Below the pieces are notes generated by a model. The model was not told the DNA's origin. It made no database searches and was given only the letters and a program-made list of their open reading frames with translations. From Magallana gigas (lineage: Eukaryota), in NCBI RefSeq assembly GCF_963853765.1, contig NC_088858.1, forward strand, positions 12,090,001 to 12,154,000: DNA of 64,000 bases, given 5' to 3'. Numbering within the stretch: the first letter of the stretch is position 1; each line of letters starts with the position of its first letter. Both the position numbers and the translations under genes were made by a program. Shown here in pieces: positions 27,271 through 38,268 of the stretch.

Positions 27271-29567
27271 GCACAGACACAAAAATATAGTGCATACAGA
27301 GTTTTATATCAAATTTGTATAATTTTTCTTCTGTCTGAAACAACACCATCTTTCAATTTAGTGTACATGTACTTACTGGATGGAATATTTGATTGAGTGC
27401 CATTGCAACTGTACATGCTATTATGTATATTACCTCAATGCTGTTTAGATCTGGGGGTTTCCCTTATACAAGTTAACTCACAGAAGTAAGATTTTCTTTA
27501 ATAAGGCATTCACTATGTTTGTTATTCTGTTTGTAAAATTAGGTGCAATGAATTAAAGCATTGAGAGAAAAAAATTCTTGAAAAGGCATAATTGCTGTAT
27601 TATTTATTCTAGTGATTGCTTTAAAACAAATACTGATATGGAAAATAAATTTTTCATGATATATACCAATTGTTTTTTCTTCTATTAATTCAACGTCCTA
27701 AGAAATCCTCCCAAAATAACAAAGGTTTCATGTCTTCACATACCGGTACATATTTATTACAAATACTAGGCCATATGCAATATATCATGGCACTGGGTTT
27801 TTTTTTTTACACAGTTTGATTGTGAAATAGGTACTTTTTTGAAAATTGAAGACAGATAACCCCAGTAACATTTAACTTTTCCCCTTGAATCTTTGCATTT
27901 GAGATGAATTTACTGATTTTAAAAAAATACATTCGGGAAAAAAACAATTTTATTGTATCTTACTAGAGATGAATTTTGGTGTGATTTTACTGCTAGATGA
28001 TTGTGTATTATGACAAACAATTGTGTAGGCTGAAATCTACAAGCAGATTAGAATCCCACATGATTATCACAAAGGTTATTAGGTCATCTGTTTCATTGAA
28101 ATCACAATTTTTTCAGAGGCCTCTGCATGACTACCGGTATGTTGTATTGTTCTTCTTAGAAGTTGATGTCACTTGGGATTTTCCCAATACGAATACATCT
28201 TCCTTCTTGCTATGAAGTAAAGGGCAAGAGTACTAGCTCATGTAGTTCATGTATAATCTTTTTACTGCTGGTCTTGGCACTTAAACAACTTATATCATAC
28301 AATGTATGCGGGGCTGATTTTATCTCTTAATACATGTATACCTGTATCTTTACCATGTCCTTAATGCACTTTGTGTATATATGATAAGAAATGAAACCAG
28401 GATTGATACATGTATTTAAAATACATGTAAGATAGGATTTGAGGATGTATAGATGAACAGCCTTGTCATGAATTACAATGACTCCATCCTGCACAGTCAG
28501 CAACCATTTAAGAAGCCCTAAACAATAGTTGGATATTCATTTTAAAGTCAATCATGAATTTAGGAGTTTTATTTAGGAAATTTACATATGATGTGGTCCT
28601 ACACCTTTATACAATGTGCAAAATATTATTCAGATTTCAGATCATAATCCAGTTAAAGGAGGCCACAAAAACCTTAGTTTCAAAAACAATGCAATATCCT
28701 CCAAGATGCATCAGCTGTTTAAGTTTGGCACATGTAGCCAAAATAGCTGTATATTGCTATTCTGATATATTGAACCACTGCAGATTTTCATATCTTCCTT
28801 TATTGGTATTGTAAATACTGCACACGTCAAGTTCTATTTACCAGTATAATAACTGCATGCAGTTATGTTTTCTTCATTTAAAAGAAAAGTGTGTGCAGAG
28901 GTTTTATTTAGAGAGGATTTTTGAAAGTCTTTACATGGCAAATTGAAAAAATTATGAAACACAATAAAGCCACCCTAAAACGTTTTTCTTTAAATCCATG
29001 ACCAATTTAATGGTGCATCTTCAGAGCTCCTTGTATAATTGTAAGAAAAAACATCCCCTACCAACTGATTTTGGAGAGTACTGTTTAAATCAGCCAAATG
29101 TATTTTTTCATTATGCATTGTACCTATACAGATAATTCATCACACACTACTATACCGGTAGTTATTAAAATGCCATTTCATGCTATATTTTAGATACAGG
29201 TGACCATTAAGGCCTATGGGCCTCTTTATCAGAAACATCTTAATTTCATAATTTTACCAGATTTTTAATCAACCAAATCAACGAATCAATTGACACAAAT
29301 TTGTTACTACATTTATGAAGCAAATGATTTTGCAAATATTCACCTAGTCTGGCTATTACACAAACAGTTATGTGCCTTCATGACTTACACAAATGGTTGC
29401 TCTAAATACAAGTGCAAATTAAAGAAAAAAAATACTCCATGAAATATATTACTAATCAAGACTTGACATTTCTCTGATTCTCAGCTCAACATGTTATACC
29501 ATCCTAAAGATGCTAAAGAAACACACTATTAATTTACATGGCCTTATGAAAAAAGGAAAACTGTATA

Positions 29568-29750
29568 CAGGGAAATATTCGCCCTCGTTTTATTTTTGCC
29601 CCTCTCACCCTCGTTGTCAGTGGGCAAATTCAATTCTCGCAAATAATACATGTATCTCTTTTAACAAAATTGCATCTGGGCGAATTCAAGACGGGAAAAA
29701 CAGCTGTTTGCAAGTGTAGATGAAAATAACATTGGGCGAAAATAACCCTG
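29568..29750. mobile_element. TA-flanked MITE (CAGGG...CCCTG family) containing the left boundary of the tandem array
   Basis: TA|CAGGGAAATATTCGCCC...GGGCGAAAATAACCCTG|TA. Only its right half recurs at about 44337 and 58389. Confidence 0.7.
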
Positions 29751-30466
29751 TATACAGTATACATGTACATAATACAACATACTTGTAATAAAACAGTTAT
29801 GTTTTAGTAAATATTCAATTGTTAATAACTTTTCAAATACTGTAATGTCTTTTTTTAATAATGCAATCATAGCAAATAATACTGCAAAATAAAATGTTGT
29901 CTTGTTTTATATCAATGTTATATAAAAAGTTATTTCAAAGACTCAACAATCTACTTATATAGGCTAGCCTCTGCAAATCAAAAATGTTATTTCTGTATTC
30001 ACAAAAATACAGAAAATATGCAAAAATTAAAAATATCCCCAGCCAAACAGACATTCTTTTTATCGACAATGTTTTCAAAATCCTGCTAAATGCATGTACA
30101 CATGTATATAAATCATTCTGGTTCCAATAATGTAAGTACATATCAAAAATTTGCAATGAGGTAAATTAATGGACTCTGTTCAGATAATTATATCAAATGC
30201 TCAAAAAGAAAGCAGTTAACGATTGCTAGATCTCAAACTTTGTGTGTTTTAGATCCAACAGATCAACAATGAATACATTGTAAATCATAGAATACTTGAT
30301 GTCAACTCTCATTTAAATAGTACTGTAATAAATATGATTTCACTGACAACAGATTAATAACTTAAGAATCAGTAGTACATGTACATCAATCTATACGTTC
30401 ATATTATCAAGGAACTTTCAGATAAAAATATTTGCCCTATTCTGCTACTCTGGGAGTTGGGGTTTT

Positions 30467-33400
30467 TCATTTTCGGAGACCCACCAGTTTCTCTGATATT
30501 TCCCATAATTTCTTAGCAGCCTCGTCATCCTGGGCAGCCTTTGATTCCTCCTTGATGGCACAGTCACTATCATAAAATATAGGAAATGTGTTAATCAATG
30601 TTCAAAATATTTTTTGAATAACTTACAAATCACTTCAATTAAAGAGCTGTGAAAAATTGCTGGGAATTTTACCCAAGAAAATCATTGTTTTTCTTAGATT
30701 TGGTTAGATCTGCAGTAGCAAATGGTTTTCTAAAGATGACAATAATTGACTATGGTTTAAAACTACTGTACCTGACATGTTAAACAAAACAGTTATCCTA
30801 TGTAGAGAACATGTAATAAAATTCCTTGTTTCAAAAGTTTAATGACACCAGGCACACAAGAAATACATGTATGTTGATCACCCATTGCTATGTACTTATA
30901 TATGTGCTAGTTGCTACATGTATGTGTTCAATCACCCTGTTTTCATGGTTTAACAGAAAAATTATTCTTTTCATTGAATGTGAACCCTTTCAATGGTAAA
31001 CAATGATTTTCTTTGGGTGACAATTTACATTATTATACTTTCATGGTAAATACTGAAATCTGATTGGTTTAGACCCAGTTTATAATCCATTCTATTACTG
31101 TAAACGTACTACATTTGGCTGTGTATTCTTTTTAGCGCTTTTGGCCGAATATGGCTTTGGCTAAATCAAGTACATCGCTAAATGCTATCCGTATATGTAC
31201 CGTATAAGAAACTGCACATTCAGGAATACGCTAATTCAAATCTACGCCAACTTGTTCAAAAACTAATTTCCGCCAAATATCGTACATGCCAAATATAATA
31301 CGTTTACAGTACCCTAAGCGTTAGCAACACACTTGGCAATGGCTAACACAATGAATTGTTACATGCACATAAATTATGCGCGTACGGTTCGCCGTAGACT
31401 TTACGTCATTCCTAAGGAAATCAGTTATGAGTTTTTACAATTAAGCCATTCATATAATAAAATAAATAGTGCATGTTTGGGAGGATAACAGTTGAAATTG
31501 ACACCCCTTGAAAATCATCTTTTATAAAATGTAACCCTTGCTATGATCTAATTCGGTATTTATAGTATACTCCAATTTCAGATGGAAAGAAGGAAAGAAA
31601 AATATTTCATACTATCTTAGTTTATGTAAAAGGGCTTAAACCCTTTAGTAAATTACATGACTGTATTATATAAATAGTGCCTGTTTGGGAGGGTAACAGT
31701 TGAAATTGACACCCCGAGAAAACCATTGTCAACCGACGCGAAGCGGAGGTTGACAATGGTTTTCGAGGGGTGTCAATTTCAACTGTTATCCTACCAAACA
31801 GGCACTATTTATTTTGTTATACTGAATGTCTTAATTTTAAAGAAAACTTAACTGCTTTTACATAGGAATTCTACGGCGAACCGTACACGCATAATTTTCG
31901 TGCATGTAACAATTTGTAATGTTACCTGTTGCTAACGCTGAGGGTAATAGAACGGATTATGAACTGCGTCTAAACCAATCAGATTTCAGTATTTAACATG
32001 AAAGTATAACAAACAACAATATCACATTTAATGGATTCAGAACAATACATGCCACATGCATATACATTCAATACTCCTGGGTTTTTTTGTAAGCATGGAT
32101 GAAATGTATCTGAAAATACTGATCAGAGAAAAGTAGGTATAATACTATCATAAAAGCCTAAAGTTTTACACACCTGAAGTATTTCCCTGTAACATTGGCT
32201 AGGCTTTCCTCTACAGCACAGTATATAGTGGTCTGAGCTCCCTGTAAAGGAGTTTTGCCGATAATATAAATGATGGGGGCAAACAGGATCCGGAAGTAAA
32301 ACGGCACGCTCTGAGGAAGGTAACGAGTCAGCTCTGTATCCACAACTCCAGGATGTAGTGAATTCGCTGTCACATTTGTTCCTACAGAGTTAAAATTCCA
32401 AACAATTTTCATACAACTAGACCGAGCTGTGTTCCTTGGTGAACACAAAATGGTAAAGTATGAGTTTGAGTTCAAGGATCTGTTGGAAAATGGCTGCTCT
32501 TACCTTGCAATCTCCGACTCAACTCCCTCGTGAACAATACATTGGCAAGTTTGCTCTGGCGGTAAGCTGCCATACTGTTGTAATTTTTTTCACTGTTAAG
32601 GTCATCAAAGTCTAATTTATCTGTACCTAATTTTGAAAAAAATATTATATCATGATAAATTTAATGCTTGTAATTTAATGTTTCAGATATTTATACAAAC
32701 TTATAGATAAGGCAATTATTTTGATAAGCATGTTCTTCTCGTCTAAGAAAAGAATACAGTCTAATTAATTTGACAATAGCAAACATCAATGTCCAAGTCC
32801 GTCTCGTGTCTCCCACTGTGAGTTTATTTTCAGCCCTTTCCTACCCCTCTAGTTTTATTTTTATATCATTTGTGTGTTGCACATAATGAATTAAGGAATG
32901 ATATCAAATACTGAAAACCATTTGTCCTCTTCTATGGGGGTATGAAAATATTGAATTGAATTGTTGTTTAGATTTTTTCTACACCTTATTTACCAATACA
33001 AGGTACCATTTATCGGGGTTACGTGTCACAAAATTTGCAAAAGTGGGGAAAATATGGAGCATTTTTAATTTGCTTCAGTCAATTTTTGCGATTTTAAAAG
33101 TTTCTTATAGAAAACAATACAAAATATAATTTCTGAGTATTCAATATTTTGCAACTGGAAAGAGATAGCAAAAAATGTGAAAATTAGATTCTCGTGAAAA
33201 TTACGGGATAAACGGTACTTTAACGGTATCTGTCCATGCTTTCATAACTTCATTTGATAATGTTTTCTAACATAATGAAGGGCATGATGGACAGCATTGT
33301 AAGTAGAGTTATTGCCCTCTTCCCTACAAATAGTTGGAAGTGGGACAGGGTGGAATCACCATGTCTATCCATATCCTCTAATAAATCTGCCTGTAAACAT

Positions 33401-36400
33401 GAATTTATTTTACTGCAGAAAACTAGCCAATGGATATTTCTGAAATTCACCAATTATGCATCTAATATTTTTAATTTTAAATATTTTTAATTTTATTACA
33501 TGTATATCAAATTTTGATTTGAAACTTTTTTTTTTTCATTTTGAGTTATGTTTTTATTTCAATTCTATTTACTCAATTAAAATTTTTTTTTCAAATTGTG
33601 TAATGGCATGATGTCTCGCAGAGATTAAATCCCAAATTAAAGAGGCTGAGTGGTCAACACATTACCCATCAGATCTGCCTCAAACTTTTAAATATGATAT
33701 TTTGGGCCATAAACTATAACTGTTTAATTCATCTAAATTATACAAAGATTTTCATCTTAAGGATTTAACTATAGCCTAAAAATGGCCATGAAGATTAATC
33801 CCTCCTTAAAAAAGAGGTATAAAGGAACTATCATGCCTATATGACTCTCACTGTCTGTCTGTCTGGGTAATTCTAATTCTTACGTGTATGTGCACGGGAC
33901 GACACATTGATGATTCTAGCAGGGGCCGAACTTTTTATTTTATCTAGGAGTAGATTGGTCAACAGGAAATGTCCAAGATGGTTCACTCCAAACTGCATCT
34001 CGAAACCATCTTGGGTCTTCCAGTATGGACACATCATTATACCTAAAAATATAGAGATTCTTCACAATGTTATTTTGATTATCATACATTTACAATAAAC
34101 CGTTAAGTAACAGATGAAGAACATGATTTCACATTCATTCATTTAAAATAAGATATACCTGCATTATTTATAAGAATATCAATTTTAGGCTCGCTTTTGT
34201 TGATGTTGTCAGCAAATTTGCGGATGGAATCTAAGGAGGCCAAGTCTACAATCTTGACAACAACATTTTGGTTGTTGGATTTCTTCATGATGTCTGTTGC
34301 AGCTCTCTCTGCCCTCATAACATCACGACATGCTAATATCACTTTTGCACCTATCAATTGAAAAAACATCTTTTCAAGTTAATAATAATGGGACGTTATT
34401 TGATCAAGAAGTTCTCATCTAAAACAATCTTGTTATAAATCCTTTTTTCAGTATATCTTAATTATTTCTTAAAATCGTTGACAAATATGCAACAGTTACC
34501 ATAGTCTGTCAATGCATGTTTTGACCGTACTGTCTTTAAAATCATTTTAATTCTTTTGAAAAAGATAGTTAAAATCCTTTTGGATTGTTACAATGGAGAA
34601 ATCAGATGCAAGTGAACTGTATACTAAAGAATCATCATTGTTCGTGGGGGACGACTGTTCATGGCTTTTCGTGGGTAACCTTGCCCACAAGTTTACCTCC
34701 CAATGAAGGTATATACATGCAGGCATTTGTTTAATATCTATTTACGAAATAGAACCTTCTCAAACAAAATTAATTCCCCATGAACCAGGAAATTTTTGGC
34801 TACTTACGAACATTGACCCCCACGAATAAAGTTATTCCACAGTAACCAATGTTTAAAAGGATGATGTTAAATAAGACCCCCAGTGAATTGGCCAAAAAAT
34901 ATAATTCTTCGATCTTGCATGTAATTAATTTTTTAAATACTTAATTTTCTATTCACTTAAAGGACAGGGTCACATATTAGAACAAAATTAACTCTTTAAG
35001 TCGACAAAATCATCAATATCATAATGCGTTAACATTTAAAACAATCCATGTGTCATTTTTATTCACCTGTGTTTTAAAACCATTAAATTCATGATAGATT
35101 TTCTATTTTAATTCATTATATAAAAAGGGCTGCTGACATATGAGATACACGTATGATGATTATCAAAAGTCAAACTCAGCATCATTTCATAGCTGACCTC
35201 TTGATGCCAGATCAATGGCAGTCTCTTTCCCAATGCCTGTGTTAGCTCCTGTGATGATGACAGTTTTCCCATCCAGTCTTGCTTTGCTGCGACAAACACC
35301 TCCAGCAAAATATCGTCTCATGGCAGCAAAACTCACACCTACAAATGTTGTCAAATAAAGACAAAAATGAAAGCAATGTAGAGGTTGATATATGGATGCC
35401 TGAGCATTTATTATCAATTCAGTGAATGGTGAGATTTCTTTGTTTCATGGCGAAGAGAACAAACATGTAAAGAAGTTAATATGATCAGTAAACATATTAC
35501 ACGTACAATGTAAATGCAACTGTGGGTTTCTTAAGATGATGGAACAACTTGTGTACTATTTCGGTTGTAAAAGAAAAAATTTAATTCTCTGATGCCAAAT
35601 TAGAGATGTTTGGAGGTATATAAAATCATTGCAATGTCACATTGTGTAAAGTCAACAAATGTTTATTTTTGAAGGCTTAATTGATTAAGGTAAACAATAT
35701 AGCAATTACTAATTTGCCATATACTAACAGGATCGACAGGCAACTTCTACATTTGCAGTGTTTACTCACAGGAGCATCGTATCCGCTCTACTCTCTATGA
35801 CATATTTATACATAATACAACACATGTATTATTTATAAAAATGTCATAGAGAGTAGAGCAGATACGATGCCCCTGTGGTTTACTTCGAAAAATATCTGTG
35901 ACATGCAAGACTTGACAAGTTTTTAGAACTCCTTTCAATCCCAGGAAAATACAATAATTTATTACCTCTTGTCAATATGGATTGCTTTTGGATGAATTTG
36001 AAATAATACATGTATATGTTGTAAAATGATTGAGATACAGATCATATAGCTGCAGGTCTGTAGCTCCTGGTCTGAAAAAAAAATTGGATGGATGACCTTG
36101 GAGTTGCAGTGACACCCATTGAAACAAGAGATGTTTGTGAAACACTTATGCCCCCCTCCCTTGGAAACATTCACAAAGAAAATGAATGTAAACTGCAAAT
36201 ATTTGGAATTTTTTTAAGTCCAAGGGGCATAACTGCGTCGAAAATTGCTCTATCAACCCAAAATCAAACTTGACCTATATATTGTTTAGAGTAACCTGTA
36301 TAACAAATTTCATATCAATGCACGTGTGCATCTGTGCACCCTCTGCTAAGAAAATGAGTGGAAAATGCAAATAATTGGAATTTTTCTATGTTCAAGGGCC

Positions 36401-37996
36401 ATAACTCTGTCGAAAATTGCTCGATCATACCCAATATCGTACTTGACCTAGATATTATCATGAAAAACCTGTATACCAAATTTCATTTTAATATCCTCAT
36501 CCTCTGCAAAGAAAATGAGCAGAAACTGCAAATAACTGAAATTTCTATGTCCAAGGGCCATAACTCTGACAAAAATTGCTCGATCATACCCAATATCGAA
36601 ATTGACCTAGGTATTATCATTATAAACCTGTATACTAAATTTCATTTCAATATGTTCATCCTCTGCAAAGAAAATGAACGGAAAATGTTGGTGGACCGAC
36701 CGACAGACCAACAGACAGCAGCAAAGCAATATGCCCTTCCTTCTTTGTATATTGTATATTTATTGTGGACAAAAATCTGTGCTAGTTTTGGACTGATTAC
36801 TCTTATTTATATGCAACTTCTGTAAAAACAATTAGCAACAAAAAAATTTCCAAGCAATACACTACTGATATTGTCTATTTACTCGCCTTTTAATCTTTTA
36901 AACACCATCAATAGCCCTGTAAATTGAAGTGGTGTAATTTGTTTACATGTAAAAATGGCGACTCGAGATCTCTATGTAAATTTAACATTCCTGATTTCCA
37001 AGGTCAGTAGCATGCTCCAGAGAAAGTCTGGGCAAATAAAAAGACGTCAGTAGTAAACTGAATGAAGAATTCAATGGTAAAAATTGTTTTCAGAGAAGTT
37101 GCGTGTAATTAAGAGTAATCAGTCCAAAACTAGCGCTGATTTTTATGTGCAATAAATATACAATTTTTTCAATGGGTGGCACTGTAGCTCCCGGTCGTCC
37201 ATCCGAATTTTTTCAGACCTGGAGTCCGGAGCTACAGACCTACAGCTACAGATCATACAGAAAACAAACATCGATTTTTACAAATTCTCTGAAATGGGAT
37301 AAAAGTATGCTTGTATATTTTAAAAATTCTGTAATAATGATCCGATAAGGAAACTGTTGAAAAATTGTGAGATTGTATTTTGAAGGTTTTGTATTAACCC
37401 CTTCACGGTAACTTCGGTACTGTTCTTTTGCAGGGCAAAATGACATAGTTTGGTGAAATATGACGTAATGTCAATTGTTTCATTTACGTCATTTAATTAT
37501 CTACCTACTGAAATTTCGGCAAAGTATATCATTTTGCCCTGCAAGAGAGCAGTGCCGCAGTTATCATGAAGGGGTCTATTGTTATATTTGATAAGTTAAC
37601 TAACGTTAGCTGCAGAACTGTAGCTCTATTAAAAATTCGGGTAACGTTAGACGGGCCAAAACCGTGCGCAAACTTTTGTTTATAGTATGGATGGAACTGT
37701 AGCTCTATGGTCCGTCAACCCAACCTACGAACAGTGAGATAAATCGCAAATCTTGCAAATTCAGATTCCGTTATTATATACTGCGTATGTAATACTAATT
37801 AAGAGAAAATTCGAGTTATTAAGACCCGAATTTCCTCATAATTTTTTGGTAGTGATTACAACGAACGTTTAAATGAAAAACAGTTTATCAAAAACAAAAT
37901 ATACATGCATTATTTACCTATTCCCACCAGTGAACCAATTAGAATTCGGTGTTTTCTTGCAATGTCCAACATTTCCTCAAAATCTAATCCCGTCAT
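30467..37996 (-). CDS. Retinol dehydrogenase 11/12/13-like short-chain dehydrogenase, copy 1 (7 exons, 333 aa)
   Basis: Exons 37918-37996, 35198-35338, 34159-34350, 33884-34042, 32504-32626, 32174-32381, 30467-30566; GT-AG, in frame (1002 nt). Motifs [51 protein letters not shown]. Confidence 0.93.
31033..32009. mobile_element. Foldback (long inverted-arm) non-autonomous element, possibly Crypton-related, in RDH copy 1 intron 6
   Basis: Arms TTATACTTTCATGGTAAATACTGAAATCTGATTGGTTTAGAC and its near-perfect reverse complement ending at 32009. Central near-perfect hairpin 31672-31810 with a CGCGAAGCG loop. Absent from copies 2 and 3. Family assignment is tentative. Confidence 0.75.
31098..31309. 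mobile_element. TA-flanked MITE nested in the foldback element
   Basis: TA|CTGTAAACGTA...TTTGGC ... GCCAAA...TACGTTTACAG|TA. Confidence 0.75.
33004..33217. mobile_element. MITE relic in RDH intron 4 (also in copies 2 and 3)
   Basis: Degenerate TIRs TACCATTTATCG / GATAAACGGTA. Confidence 0.5.
35768..35876. repeat. Palindromic hairpin element in RDH intron 1 (also 49832-49940)
   Basis: ACAGGAGCATCGTATCCGCTCTACTCTCTATGACAT...ATGTCATAGAGAGTAGAGCAGATACGATGCCCCTGT. Confidence 0.8.
36047..37248. mobile_element. Non-autonomous Mutator-like element (MULE)
   Basis: About 80-bp imperfect TIRs (TAGCTGCAGGTCTGTAGCTCC... / ...GGAGCTACAGACCTACAGCTA). Exact 9-bp TSD CAGATCATA at 36038-36046 and 37249-37257. 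Empty site in unit B near 50085. Confidence 0.85.
36122..36745 (+). mobile_element. pearl/HINE-like element with about three 160-170-bp internal tandem repeats (Cg170/BIV160-like), nested in the MULE
   Basis: Starts AAACAAGAG; CAAGGG(G/C)CATAACT units at 36221, 36393 and 36552; (GACC/GACA)n microsatellite and truncated GCAATATGCCC...CTTCTT 3' end. This layout is typical of bivalve pearl-type elements; the family name is from recall, not a search. Confidence 0.75.
37399..37574. mobile_element. piggyBac-like MITE in RDH copy 1 intron 1
   Basis: TTAA|CCCCTTCA...TGAAGGGG|TCTA with internal inverted arms (TGCAGGGCAAAATGA / TCATTTTGCCCTGCA); absent in unit B. Confidence 0.65.
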
Positions 37997-38268
37997 GTTT
38001 TAGTACGCAGACACAGTAAATGCCGATCCCGATCTTCTGTGATGGAATGGGACAAACGCTCACTCTGTAAACGTTTTCACCAGAAGTCATATTACGCGGG
38101 AGTTTATCACGTAATTAGATCTAATTAATTTTTTTTCCCAGAATCTCACCAATATTTTTTTTCTAGAAATTAGCGGAAAATCATGTTCCGTTATTTTTAC
38201 ACTCTAAAATTACCGTTCAAATTTAGGTTCCTGTTCGTGTTGAGTAAAACACGGATGGACTAATCAAT
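37997..38268. promoter_or_regulatory. Putative bidirectional promoter between RDH (-) and ADAM (+) start codons
   Basis: Divergent ATGs only 272 bp apart; same arrangement at 51032-51306. Confidence 0.55.

Noticed and set aside
36358-36825. 155-aa ORF with internal repeat
   Set aside because: Translation of the tandem satellite-like units of the pearl/HINE element.
36880-36910. Possible GC-AG first exon of RDH1 (MVFKRLKG)
   Set aside because: Lies inside the MULE; a conventional exon 1 shared by copies 1 and 2 exists at 37918-37996.
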